DNA of 64,000 nucleotides, taken from an uncultured Methanomassiliicoccales archaeon. Its GTDB lineage: Archaea > Thermoplasmatota > Thermoplasmata > Methanomassiliicoccales > UBA472. Under the pieces are notes generated by a model. The model saw only the letters and a program-made list of their open reading frames with translations. It was not told the DNA's origin and did no database searches. Positions within the stretch are counted from its first letter, which is position 1. Each line of letters begins with the position of its first letter. A program made the translations under genes and the position numbers. The stretch lies in the NCBI GenBank assembly GCA_963695345.1, contig OY968769.1:640001-704000 (forward strand), given 5' to 3'. Below are positions 11,986 to 23,019 of the stretch, in pieces.

Positions 11986-12619
11986 ATGGCTGATGACGAT
12001 TACTTATCACTCCTGGACCGGGCCAAAGGTCAGTTGCCCGAGACCATTGAAAAGCACGAGCGTTTCACCGTGCCAGAGCCCGACATCTTCCAGGAAGGGA
12101 AGACCACGGTCATCAAGAACTGGGGCGACATCACCGACGCTCTTAGGCGTGAGCCCGAGCACCTGCTCCAGTACCTACTACGCGAGCTCGGGACGCCCGG
12201 TACGATCGAGGGCAGAAGGGTCGTCTTCAAGGCCAGGCTGGCCCCGGTACAGATCGCAGAGAGGATAAACAGCTATACCGATACGTTCGTACTTTGCTCG
12301 GAATGCGGCAGGCCCGACACTCACATCGTCAAGGAGGGAAGGATCCTTATCTTGGAGTGCGAGGCATGCGGTGCACACAGACCGGTAAACGTGAGGAAGC
12401 AGGCCAAGGCCCCGGAGAAGGAAGGGCTGCAGGGAAGGAAACATCTACGAGTTCATGATCGAGGACGTCGGCAAGAAGGGAGACGGCGTGGCCAGGATGG
12501 ACAAGTACATCATCTACATCCCGGGCACGATCAAGGGCGCCAGGGTCAAGGCCAAGGTCACCAAGGTCTCCGGCAACGTGGGATTCGCCAACGTCTCCCA
12601 GGAACCGGTCACCAGGTGA
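11986..12619 (+). CDS. eif2b: Translation initiation factor 2 subunit beta with C-terminal TRAM domain (frameshift at ~12433)
   Basis: YLSLLDRA...ERF...RELGT, zinc ribbon CSECGRPDT...CEACGA. The shifted frame continues EGNIYEFMIEDVGKKGDGVARMDKYIIYIPG (TRAM) to TGA at 12619. Confidence 0.93.
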
Positions 12620-12706
12620 TCGGCTCGAAACTTCAAACCTTTTCCATTCTTATCTACAATCATTTCTGAAAACATGAATTGAAAGAAAGGAGACGGGCCG
12701 GTCCCG

Positions 12707-13238
12707 TCAGTTGATGTAATTGACGCTGGAACGGTCGAACCCCTTCACCAGCTCGATGTCCATGGTCTCTTCATCGTCCATCTTCGGTTCGGCGTAGGTG
12801 AAGAACGGAAGGACCCGGGATATGTCCTCAGCAATGTAGGTGGTCTTGTGGTCCTTGCCGAACAGCGCGACGCTGATCGAATAGGCACGCCTCCGGGTCT
12901 CTTCCTCGTCGAGTATGCCGATGGCATGGATGTACTCGTGCAGCAGTACGTGGAATGCATAGGACTTGTACAGGTCCGGCTGAATCACCATGATCCTGTT
13001 CAGAACGCTCTTGTTCATGACGATGATGTTCGACGTGACCGGGTACAGCCCGCCGACGAAGGACTTGTTGTCGCCGCCCATCTCCGCCAGCCCAAGCATC
13101 AGCCCGGCACGGGAAATACCCATCTGGACGCGTACCGCTTCCTTGACGACCTCGAATATTTCGGTCAGGTCCTTGGCCCGCTCGAGACGCTCCGGGAACA
13201 CGGACTTGGCGGACTCGTGTCCGCACTAGTTCACTCAT
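12707..13238 (-). CDS. Conserved archaeal hypothetical protein with HExxH (zincin-like) motif
   Basis: FHVLLHEYIHAIG motif. The start is either GTG 13201 or ATG 13238 with a frameshift. Confidence 0.7.
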
Positions 13239-13361
13239 GGTTAACTACAATGCGGAGACTTCCTTATTAAAAACATTCCTCGAAATATCGAAGCTTGACG
13301 AAGGAGTTCTGCCGCCCTCGCTCAAAATGGTATTATAGACGCTGAACGCATCCATCCGCCC

Positions 13362-14286
13362 ATGCGGAACCCGGTCCAGTACCTGGTGATGTTTGCCATC
13401 TTCATATTCATCCCGGTAGCGGCGATCTACTTCCTGCCACTGCTGTTGAGCACAGGCGACTACCAGGCCTTCCAGGACCCCCAGAGCCCGGTGAACCCGC
13501 TGATCTACTTCGCTCTGATCCTGGGCATGACCGTGCTGATGCTGGTCCTGATCAAGTTCGCCAAGGAGAAGATCATGCAGGCGATATTCTACAGCGCCAT
13601 GACCATCTCCATGTTCTCTATCCTGCTGCCGATCTTCTACTATCTGATCGGCGACGTGAACATCTCGCTTGTCCTCGCCATCGCCGGAGCGGTGGGCCTG
13701 CATGGGATGGCTGGTCTTGCGTCCGGAATGGTATGTCATCAACTCGGTCGCCGTCCTTATCGGAGTGGGTGCGACGGCCATTCTGGGAATATCGTTGGGC
13801 ATCCTCCCCGCGCTGATCCTCCTCAGTATTTTGGCGGTGTACGACGCGATATCGGTCTACAAGACCAAGCACATGCTCTCCTTGGCAGAGGGAGTGACCA
13901 AGATGAGGCTCCCGGTGCTGTTCTATGTCCCGAAGAAGCTGGACTTCAAGGTCGAACAGATGGACAGCATGGACCTGAAGGACCGGGAGAAGGACCAGGA
14001 AAGGGAAACGATGATCATGGGAGTGGGAGACGCGGTGATACCGGGCATATTGATCGTCTCGGTCATGGCCTACCTGCCCACCAACTCTATGCATTTCCTT
14101 CACGCGGACGTGCTGGTCACTGCGGGGACCCTGATCGGTGCCTGCTGCGGTTTCGCGGTCCTGATGAGATACGTTGCCACCGGGCGGCCGCAGGCCGGAC
14201 TGCCCCTGCTGAACGGCGGCGCGATCCTGGGGTTCCTGATCTCCTACCTGCTGGTATTCCAGGACCTTGGTTTCGGGTTCTTGTGA
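13362..14286 (+). CDS. Presenilin-family intramembrane aspartyl protease (PSH) (frameshift at ~13700)
   Basis: Multi-TM protein with YD (AVYDAISVYKTKHM), GxGD (MGVGDAV) and PAL-like (QAGLPLLN) motifs, split over ORFs 13362 and 13669. Confidence 0.9.
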
Positions 14287-14333
14287 GCAACATTGATGTA
14301 ATCAGCCCTGATATGTTGAGATAGGCGAGTTCC

Positions 14334-14975
14334 ATGCGATTCCTGGTTCTATCGGACGTGCACAGGCGCGACAAAGTGGTGAAGTGGGCCAACGAGATCA
14401 TCGAGGACATGGGCTTGGATGGGACGATCGTGCTGGGCGACATAACCCATTTCGGCCCGCCGGAATGGGCAGAGGAGTTCCTGGGAGCCTTAAAAGGAAA
14501 GACATATGCAGTGCCCGGTAACTGCGACCCGACGGCTACACTTGCCTACATAGAACGGAGCTCGGTATCCCTGCATCTGACCAAGGTCCGGCTGGGCAGC
14601 TATGTCCTGGGAGGCATGGGCGGGTCCAACCCCACCATCTTCGACACGCCGAACGAGTTTTCGGAGGAGGACATCATGACCCAGCTCCGTCCGGTGATGG
14701 AAGAGGGCATGATCCTGGTCCTGCATTGCCCTCCGTTCGGGGTACTGGACGTCCCGTACTCGGGAAAACACGTGGGCAGTGTTTCGATAAAGAAGCTCGT
14801 GGAAGAGTTCAAGCCTAGGGTGGTATTGTCCGGTCACATCCACGAGGACCGCGGCGTCGTCGAGAAGGATGGAACGCTCTACATGAACCCAGGACCAGCC
14901 AAGGAGGGCTACTCCGGCCTTCTGGAATTGGGCGATGCCCCGTCCGTCAAATTGCTCGAACAGCGCCTTGTATGA
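14334..14975 (+). CDS. Metallophosphoesterase (Icc-related, calcineurin-like)
   Basis: SDVH, GDIT, PGNCD, HCPP, SGHIHE and NPG motifs. Confidence 0.88.
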   Translation: MRFLVLSDVHRRDKVVKWANEIIEDMGLDGTIVLGDITHFGPPEWAEEFLGALKGKTYAVPGNCDPTATLAYIERSSVSLHLTKVRLGSYVLGGMGGSNPTIFDTPNEFSEEDIMTQLRPVMEEGMILVLHCPPFGVLDVPYSGKHVGSVSIKKLVEEFKPRVVLSGHIHEDRGVVEKDGTLYMNPGPAKEGYSGLLELGDAPSVKLLEQRLV

Positions 14976-15021
14976 AGATAGGTATTAATACCCCGCTTTA
15001 TTTTAGTGGCCACGGATTGCT

Positions 15022-15405
15022 ATGGCACTGTGGCAAGGGAAATCCAAGAGGAAGCCGTCAGGTGGAAGGCTCCGCCTCGGCAGGAAGAAGAGACGATTCG
15101 AGATCGGCAGGGAGCCGACTTTCACGCTTCTGGGCGCAGAGCGCTCTCTCATCATGAGGACCAGGGGTGCAAACGTCAAGGTTAGGATGCTCAAGGCGTC
15201 ATTCGCCAACGTCATCGACCCTACGACAATGAAGGCCCAAAAGTCCAAGATCGTAACCGTCAAGAAGAACTCGGCCAACCCTAACTATGTTCAGCGTAAC
15301 ATAATCAACAAGGGCGCTTTGATCCAGACCGAACTAGGACTGGCCAAGGTCACATCGAGACCGGGACAGCACGGGGCGGTCAACGCGGTACTGGTCAAGG
15401 AGTGA
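15022..15405 (+). CDS. rps8e: 30S ribosomal protein S8e
   Basis: MALWQGKSKRKPSGGR...RNIINKGALIQTELGLAKVTSRPGQHGAVNAVL. Confidence 0.97.
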   Translation: MALWQGKSKRKPSGGRLRLGRKKRRFEIGREPTFTLLGAERSLIMRTRGANVKVRMLKASFANVIDPTTMKAQKSKIVTVKKNSANPNYVQRNIINKGALIQTELGLAKVTSRPGQHGAVNAVLVKE

Positions 15406-15430
15406 CCGGTACCCCCTTAGGGGACTACCC

Positions 15431-15724
15431 ATGACCCTTGACGAGGATAAGGCATGGGTCCTTTGGCCCGAATATTTTGACATCAGTCGGACCAGGGACG
15501 GCGGTCGAAAGGTCAGCAGGAAACTGTCGATCAACAGTCCGAACGTTGAACTTATTGCCAAGGCCGTCAAGCAGATGGGCTTGGAATTCAAGATCGAGAC
15601 GGACAAATCCTACCCAGGCAACTGGTTCAACCACACGGGAAGGGTCCTGGTGGAGCATTCCCTCCCCAAGACATTGTTGTTGTTGAAAGTAGGTCAGGCG
15701 CTGGTCAAATATCAGCGGTCCTGA
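15431..15724 (+). CDS. srp19: Signal recognition particle protein Srp19
   Basis: VLWPEYFD...GGRKV...P...KSYP...GRVLV signature. Confidence 0.93.
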   Translation: MTLDEDKAWVLWPEYFDISRTRDGGRKVSRKLSINSPNVELIAKAVKQMGLEFKIETDKSYPGNWFNHTGRVLVEHSLPKTLLLLKVGQALVKYQRS

Positions 15725-16002
15725 GGCGTTTCGACTTCTTCCACCAGCTTCTTGCCGGCGGAAACGCTGTCAACGGAGTGAACGACGGCACCGGATTCGG
15801 TGATGACCTGTTCGACCATGTCATAATCGATGGAATTCCCCTCGATGGTTATCTTGATGCTCTCGGTCTCCTGGTCAACCTCGTCCAACGTGCAGTTCAC
15901 ACCGGAGATCCCTTCAATGGCGCCGAGTCGTTTGGCCAACTCCACGATCGAGGGATGATGCGGCTTCAATACGTCCAATACGAGTCGTTTAACGTCGCTC
16001 AC
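15712..16002 (-). CDS. DUF211 family archaeal protein
   Basis: [12 protein letters not shown]...ITIEG...GAVVHSVD. Probable GTG start at 16002. Confidence 0.85.
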   Translation of the reverse strand: MSDVKRLVLDVLKPHHPSIVELAKRLGAIEGISGVNCTLDEVDQETESIKITIEGNSIDYDMVEQVITESGAVVHSVDSVSAGKKLVEEVETPQDR

Positions 16003-16125
16003 TTTCAGATACCCTTCCAGGGCGAGAAATTGGAGTCGGTATATTAAATCGTTAGGATGGCAGAAGCTTGTCCTGCTCCAATCAGTGGTATGGGATAGAT
16101 AAGATTTCAATTATGAAGGGGGACC

Positions 16126-16629
16126 TCACTCCAACCAGGGGAATCTATCTACGATCTTCGTGTTCGACCACCACTTGCCCAAACCGATCGTACGGCCTGC
16201 CTTTACCCTCCATAGACCAAACAGGAGGAACAGGTAGATTATGTGCTCATCGATGAATGGGTTGTTCGTGGGGGGAACCTGGGTGGACCAGAGCAGAAGG
16301 ACGAGCAGCCCTCCGCCATAGGCCGATATCTTGCTCCCGATTCCGAGTATTAGGGCCACTCCGAGGAGCAATAATGCCGCCATAAAGATCACATCAACGA
16401 TTTGGTTGCCGGCAATACTGCTGTAAAAACCCTCAAAGATCCCACCCGAAACGTTGCTTAGGTAAAATGTCGTGGGCGAACCGCCATTGATCCAAGAACG
16501 GCTAGATGCCGTCGCAAATCCGAGGCCGAAGGTCTTGTCCAAGAATGCCCATAGGAAAACCCATCCCAATAATATCCTGGATATTCCCCAGATATAGTCC
16601 GTCCGGATCTCAGGAAGCCTATAGGCCAT
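16126..16629 (-). CDS. DoxX/DoxD-like (thiosulfate:quinone oxidoreductase-like) membrane protein
   Basis: RILLGWVFLWAFLDKTFGLGFAT...GGSPT...NNPFIDEHIIY...GLGKWW. Confidence 0.82.
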   Translation of the reverse strand: MAYRLPEIRTDYIWGISRILLGWVFLWAFLDKTFGLGFATASSRSWINGGSPTTFYLSNVSGGIFEGFYSSIAGNQIVDVIFMAALLLLGVALILGIGSKISAYGGGLLVLLLWSTQVPPTNNPFIDEHIIYLFLLFGLWRVKAGRTIGLGKWWSNTKIVDRFPWLE

Positions 16630-16991
16630 GTTTAATTTGGATTCGATCCGGGTGGATATAAACATTATTGTTGCCTTTCATGACGGTCGATCGTGGCGGA
16701 TAGAGGTCGGACGTGTCGAGAAACAATGCACCATCCACCATCCTTCATTTTTACTCACTGTATCCGTTCAGGACCGGTTAGGATCATACGCACATTCGCC
16801 AATGCCGGTATGTTTGGCAGGAGCGGTCGGAAAACGCTCTGTGCTCGCTCCCGATTCTTTGCCCCGAAGCGACGCGGCAAGTTGGTGTCATACTTCCATG
16901 GTGGCATATCGAATAGCTGTCAACGAATCGTCCGGATCGGATGTTTGGCTTGGAAAAGGATTATCCATGATGCCAATGGATTCTAGTTGTC

Positions 16992-18427
16992 ATGCTCACC
17001 TTCCGTGAAGTCACCGTGATCGACGTCAACTCGGAGTATCTGGGTGTCCAGGTTGAGACTTTGATGGAAAACGCCGGTTACGCGGTGGCAAAGGCCATCA
17101 CCGAAGAGTATGGGAAGGGAAAGATCGATCGCGGTCATCTGCGGCATGGGGAACAACGGCGGCGATGGCCTGGTGGCCGCCAAGTACCTGCGGGAGAACA
17201 ACAACGTCAGGGTCATTTTGGCCAGACCGCCGCAGTTCATCAAGAGGATGGCTCCGCGGAAGAACCTGGGGCCAGTGGAGGACATCACCAAGGTATACGG
17301 CGGCGAGGACCTGTCCGGCTACGATCTGATGGTCGACGCGATCTACGGGATCGGCATACATGGCGATATCAAGGAACCGTACTACTCGCTGATCAGCAAG
17401 ATGAACACGGCCGGTGTACCCATCGTGTCGATCGACGTGCCATCGGGGCTGGGCAGCAACATGACCATCAGACCGGTCACGACAATAACCCTCCATGACA
17501 TCAAAGAGGGAATGAACGAGTCGAACTCGGGAAAGATCGATTTTCGTTGATATCGGCATTCCCAGGGATGCCGAGCGCTTCGCCGGACCGGGCGAGTATG
17601 TCTACTATCCGATACCAAAACCGGATTCCCACAAGGGGGAGAACGGACGCGTGCTGGTCATCGGGGGCGGACCCTATACCGGGGCCCCCTCGCTGGCGGC
17701 GATGGGTGCATATCGGATCGGCGTTGATCTGGTCCAGATCGCCACACCGGAATCATCGTACATCACCATTTCCAGCTACTCGCCCAACCTGATCGTGCAC
17801 GGCATGCAGGGAGCCATCTTCTCCAGCAGCAACCTGGACCAGGTGCTCGGTTTGGCCAACCTGGTGGATGTCGTGCTCATCGGTTCAGGACTGGGACGGG
17901 ACCCGCGGACCCAAGAGGCGGTCCGGGAATTCGTCAAAGAATGCGGAAAACCGATGGTCATTGATGCCGATGCCTTTTCCGCCCTTTCTATGAACCCGGA
18001 GTTGCTGAAGGGCAAGAAGGGCATCGTGACTCCTCATTCCAGGGAGTTCGCGACCTTGTTCGGCAGGTCCCTGCCGGGAGACCTCGATGAACGGGCCGGC
18101 GTGGTAAGGGAGGCTTCGGCGCGCATCGGGATGACCGTTCTGGTGAAGGGCATGGTCGACGTGATATCGGACGGAGACCGGACCAAGTTCAACCGGACGG
18201 GAAATCCCGGCATGTCGGTGGGAGGGACTGGGGATGTATTGGCGGGCATATGCGCGGGGTTGCTGGCCAAAGGGGTCGAGCCATTCGAGGCCGCCCGCAT
18301 GGCAGCCTTCACGAACGGGGCCGCCGGAGACCTGGCCTTCAGCGACCTATGCTACGGGCTTATGGCCACCGATGTGATCGACAATATCCCATCGGTTATG
18401 TGCAGAGCGCTTGACAGATTTAAATAA
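16992..18427 (+). CDS. nnr: Bifunctional NAD(P)H-hydrate epimerase/dehydratase (frameshifts at ~17125 and ~17548)
   Basis: YjeF-N motifs LMENAG, GNNGGDG, DAIYGIG, IDVPSG; YjeF-C motifs GGGPYTGAP, VIDADA, TPHSREF, GGTGDVLAG. Confidence 0.92.
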
Positions 18428-18448
18428 TCCCTAGATAATCGAAGGACC

Positions 18449-19131
18449 GTGAGGACGGCCATCATATCCGATGTCCATGCCAACCTCCCGGCTTTGAATG
18501 CCGTTCTGGCCGAGATCGACAGCATGGGCATTAACCACATCATCAGCGCAGGGGATGTGGTCGGTTACTATCCATTTCCAAACGAGGTTATCCAAGTTTT
18601 CCAGGAAAGGGCGGTCGTAGGGGATCGCCGGGAACCACGATCGGACGGTCATCCGGACCCAGGTTTCCCGCATGAACCATGTCGCCGGAGAGGCGGCCCA
18701 GTGGACGGCAAGAGAGCTGAGCGAGAGTTCACGAAAGTATCTCGGCAGCCTACCGCCCCGGACCCATGTGACCATCGGCGGAAAGCTGATCGGTCTTTAC
18801 CACGGTTCACCGCGGGATGATGTGGAGTATGTGTTCGAGGAGGAGGCGGAACCGGAGCTGCTCAGGCTGAGCGGCACACGCCTGCTCATCCTAGGCCACA
18901 CCCATGTCCCTTTCATATATCCGTTCCAAGGAAGGCACGATCGTGAATCCTGGATCGGTGGGCCAGCCAAGGGACGGCGATCCGAGGGCCTGCTTCATGG
19001 TCCACGATTCGACCAAGGATGATTTCACCATCAGACGGGACGGAGTACGACATCGAGTCGGTGGTGCAGGCAGTGTCGAACGGGCCGGTCTGCCGAATGA
19101 CCTGGGAGAACGCCTCAGACATGGATGGTGA
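18449..19131 (+). CDS. Metallophosphoesterase family protein (YfcE/PPP-like), several frameshifts
   Basis: [44 protein letters not shown] spread over several frames. Confidence 0.85.
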
Positions 19132-19914
19132 GGAGCGATTGGACATCTCGCCGATCCCGGGACAGGCCGGTGCTGGACATATCCGGCTCGAAGAGACTGA
19201 TCTGCGCCGGAGACCTGCACATCGGGCTCGAGAATGAGATGAAGGTCAACGGAGTGGTCCAGTCCCCAGCCAGACCTACCGCATGGAAACGGAACTGGTC
19301 TCCCTGGCACAGGGGCACGACGGCCTGGTGCTTCTGGGAGACATCAAGCACCGGGTCCCCGGTTCATCCAAGCAGGAATACAGGAGATACCGCGGTTCTT
19401 CTCGGAACTGAAGAAAGCCTACGGCGAGGTGCACATCGTCCGGGGAAATCATGACACGAACATCGAGGCGATGCTTCCTGAGGGGATCATCGTCCATCCC
19501 GCGACCGGATTCGTAATGGATGACGTCGGGTTTGTGCATGGCCATACCTGGCCTTCCCCAGAGGTGATGTCCAAGAGGGTGCTGGTCATGGCGCACAATC
19601 ATCCGGCGGTCATTTTCGAGGATAACATGCACCACAACCAGATAGAGCGTTGCTGGGTGCGGTGCCGTTTCCGTGAAACGGCCAACCAGAAGTACCTGGA
19701 GCTTCCCGAGGAGGTCATCATCGTCCCGGCCCTGAACCGGAACCTGGGCGGGTCACCGGTCAACTTCGAGGAACCGAGACTGCTGGGACCCTTCTTCTCC
19801 CAGGACCTGATAGACCTGGACGAGGCCCGCGTCTATCTGATGGACGGCGTGTTCCTGGGCAAAGTCGGCAGTCTGAAGGTCAAGAGACGCCGCCATTTCC
19901 AGCCTTCGTCCTGA
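19121..19914 (+). CDS. Archaeal ICC-like metallophosphoesterase (COG1407-type), several frameshifts
   Basis: DLHIGLE, LLGDIKH, RGNHD, HGH, AHNHP and VPALN motifs across frames. Confidence 0.8.
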
Positions 19915-19949
19915 CGAACAGTGAGCGTATCCGCTCAACGTTGGAGACC

Positions 19950-19985
19950 AAAAGAAAAGGAAAGAGAAAAGGTTTTCTTGAAGGG
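19950..19985 (-). terminator. Oligo-T terminator after mvhA
   Basis: Minus strand CCTTTTCTCTTTCCTTTTCTTTT immediately after the stop codon. Confidence 0.55.
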
Positions 19986-19987
19986 GT

Positions 19988-21500
19988 TTAGTAGTTCGAT
20001 ATCTCTCTGAACACGGACCCGTCTGGGTTCCTGATGACTGCCTTCATCGGCATCTGTCCCGGCAGGGTGTGCGTCGCGCACGAGTTGCACGGGTCATAGG
20101 CACGGTAGGCCATCTCGACCATGTTCAGCAGACCGTTGGACACTTCCCAGTTCTTGATCAGCGCGGTGGCGGCCTTCCTGACGCTCAGGTTGATCGGCGC
20201 GTTGTTGTTGGTCGTTCCGACGACCAGGTTGACCTGGGTGGTGATGCCGTTCTTGTCGGCGCAGTAGTGGTGCACCAGGGTTCCACGCGGAGCCTCGAGT
20301 ATACCGACTCCTTCGTCCGGGGTGTGCAGCTCGCCCTTGATGTCCTTGCTGGTGATCTGCGGGTCCTGTGCCCTCTCGAGCAGCAGTTCCGATGCGTGCA
20401 CCAGCTCGATGACACGCGCCCAGTGCATTGCCATGGTGTGGTGGATCGGTCCCTTGACGCCGAGCGAGGCGAAGGTGCTCTTCATCTTCTCGTACTCGGC
20501 CTGCGCCAGCGGGGTGGTGAACCCGCTCGAGACGTTGATCCTCGACAGCGGCGTCGCCCGGTAGATACCGGAGTCGATTCCGTCGACGAGTCCCTTCCAG
20601 CCGACCGGCTTGAAGTAGCAGAACTTTTCGTACGACCAGGGCAGGGTGTGCTCGGCGATGTAGTCCAGGTATCCCTTTCCGGTGTAACGTGCCACCTCCT
20701 TGCCGTTCGGGTCGATCATCTTCTGCGTTCCGTCGTAGAAGTTGACCTTGTCGTTCTTGTCGACGGTTCCGAGGTTGTAGGTCTCGTTGTAGAAGATGTC
20801 CTTGCTGACGATGATGTTCAGGTAGTCCTGGTTCTTCAGCACGACGTCCTCGAAGATCTTCATGGTGAACATGGAGAAATCGACGCAGGACTTGGCCATG
20901 GCCTCGATCTTCTTGCGCTCGTCCTCGTTGAGCGGCTTGGACATACCGCCGGGGATACCGCAGACCGGGTGGGTCGCCTTTCCGCCCAGCATCTCCTGGA
21001 TCTTCTGTGCGTAGGACCGGTGCTTGATGACTTCGGCACCGACCGCGACGCCGACCGCGTCGACCACACCGAGGATGTTCCTCTTCTCTGCCGGGGCGCA
21101 TGGCCCGAGGACGAAGTCCGCCGCCGCCAGCGCATAGAAGTGCGCGATGTGGCTGTGCACGTAGTGTGCGGCGTAGAACAGCTCCCTGAGCTTGACCGCC
21201 GCCTCTGGCGGGGTCGGCTCCGTAGACACCGTCCAGTGCCTTGGTGGAGCACAGGTGGTGCGCACCGGGGCATACGCCGCAAAGCCTGGCGGTGATCTTG
21301 TTCAGCTCATCGACCGACCGGCCGATGCAGAACTTCTCGAAACCTCTCAGTTCCGGCACCTGCCAGTAGGCGTTGGCTACGTTACCCTCGTCGTTCAGGA
21401 AGATCTCGATCTTGCCGTGGCCTTCGAGCCTGGTGATCGGGTCTATGGTGATACGCTTCGAGGTCGCCTTGGTGTGCGGGTCAGATAGTATCGGTGACAT
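19988..21500 (-). CDS. mvhA: F420-non-reducing [NiFe] hydrogenase large subunit (frameshifts at ~21240-21270)
   Basis: IDPITRLEGHGK, RGFEKF, L1 motif RLCGVC, EAPRGTLVHHY, L2 motif RAYDPCNSCATH plus a cleavable C-terminal tail. Confidence 0.95.
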
Positions 21501-21502
21501 GT

Positions 21503-22541
21503 TTAGGCCTCCTGCTTTGCCTCTACCGGCTTCTTCTTACCTCTCTCGTGACGGTCCTCTTGATGATGGACTTCGGCATGGTGAACGCGTAGAACGTTCC
21601 CAGCGGGTCCTTGACCTGCTGCATGATCTCGAGGATCTGGTCCTCGTTCAGCAGCGCCTCGTCGTCCCCGATCTTGAAGATCGAGGCCAGAGCGGACAGC
21701 ATGCTACCGCCCTGGTCCATGACCTCGGCGGTCGGTCCCATGCATCCGCGGCATGGCTGGTTGGCCTCGAGGCACTTCGCGCCGCATCCGGCCCTGGTCG
21801 ATGGTCCGAGGCAGATGACTCCCTGCTCCAGCATGCACTTTTCCGGGTCGATGTCGATCTCGAAGGCCAGGTGGATCTTGTCCACGCTCTTGACCGACTT
21901 CGTCCTGCCGCACTCGTCGCACAGGGTCTTCTGGGAAGCGATGACCGATCCCTTCGGCGGGAGCGGCGTGCCTTCCGTCAGATGTGCTGTGACGATGCCC
22001 AGGAACTCGTTGATCAGGTTGGTGGTCGGCGGGCATCCCGGCATGTAGTAGTCGACGTCGATGACCTGGTCCAGCGTCAGGACGGTGTCGTACAGCATCG
22101 GCAGCTCGAGGTCTCCCTCGGGCATGTGGGTCTCATGTCTGCGGTATCGACCGGGTTGGCCGAGTCCTTCTGGTCCGAGGAGAACGTCCGGTTATAGACG
22201 TAGTCCAGGGTGGCCTTCGCGTTGGTCACGTTGGCCAGTCCCGGTATTCCTCCGAAACAGGCGCAGGAACCGAAGGAGACGATGAGGGCGGACTTCTGCC
22301 TGAGCAGCTTGGCCATGTGCTCGTTCTCGCTGTTCCTGATCGCACCGTTGTACAACGTGGCGGTGATGGACTCGTCGGGCATCGCCTCCACGTCCTTGAT
22401 CTTGGTGTCCACGGCGATCGGCCAGAACACGATGTCCGCGATCTCTGCCACTCCGAGGATCTTCTCGTCGATGTCCAGGAGGGCGACGTCGCATCCTCCG
22501 CAACCGGCTCCCCAATATTGCGCAATCTTGATCTTTGCCAT
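21503..22541 (-). CDS. mvhG: F420-non-reducing hydrogenase small subunit (frameshifts at ~22130 and ~21540)
   Basis: GCGGCD, GSCACFGGIPGL, PGCPP, CDEC, C..EQGVICLGP.TRAGC, CRGC. The likely true end is KKKPVEAKQEA-TAA at 21503. Confidence 0.93.
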
Positions 22542-22560
22542 TTCGTTCCACCTGCCTGGA

Positions 22561-23019
22561 TTAGACCTCATCGTTGATCGGGTTCGGGCCAAGCTCCTTG
22601 ATCAGCTCGTTGAACTCCTTGATCGTCTTCTGGAACTTCGCACCCTCTGAGGCGGAGACCCACTCCAGCTTCAGCCGGTCCGGGTTGAATCCGTATTGTT
22701 CGAGCAGCACCCTGAGCAGCGCTATCCTCCTGCGGGTCCTGTAGTTGCCACCGATGTAGTGACAGTCGGCCGGGTGGCATCCCAGTACCAGGACGCCGTC
22801 GGCGCCCTTGGCGAAGGCCCGGAGGACGAACTCCGGGTCTACCCTGGCCGAGCACATGGTCCGGATGACCCTGAAGTTGGTCGGCATCTGCAGTCTCGAC
22901 ACTCCCGCCAGGTCGGCCCCGGCGTAGGAGCACCAGTTGCAGCAGAAGACGACGATCTTCGGCTCGAACTCGCCTTCCTCTGCCGGCTTCGCTGCTGTTT
23001 GGGTAACGGTCTCGGACAT
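22561..23019 (-). CDS. mvhD: Hydrogenase iron-sulfur subunit MvhD
   Basis: FCCNWCSYAGADLAG, MCSARVD, GADGV..GCHPADCHY, WVSASEG. ATG overlaps the hdrA stop (TAATG). Confidence 0.96.
   Translation of the reverse strand: MSETVTQTAAKPAEEGEFEPKIVVFCCNWCSYAGADLAGVSRLQMPTNFRVIRTMCSARVDPEFVLRAFAKGADGVLVLGCHPADCHYIGGNYRTRRRIALLRVLLEQYGFNPDRLKLEWVSASEGAKFQKTIKEFNELIKELGPNPINDEV

Noticed and set aside
20069-21295. Long antisense ORFs (e.g. 20069..21295, 43091..44149, 54599..55675, 56499..57740, 57607..58767)
   Set aside because: Shadow ORFs opposite well-supported GC3-rich genes; no motifs.
19988-23019. Selenocysteine recoding in mvhA/mvhD
   Set aside because: All relevant positions are Cys codons (DPCNSC, CCNWC, GCHPADCHY); no in-frame TGA.
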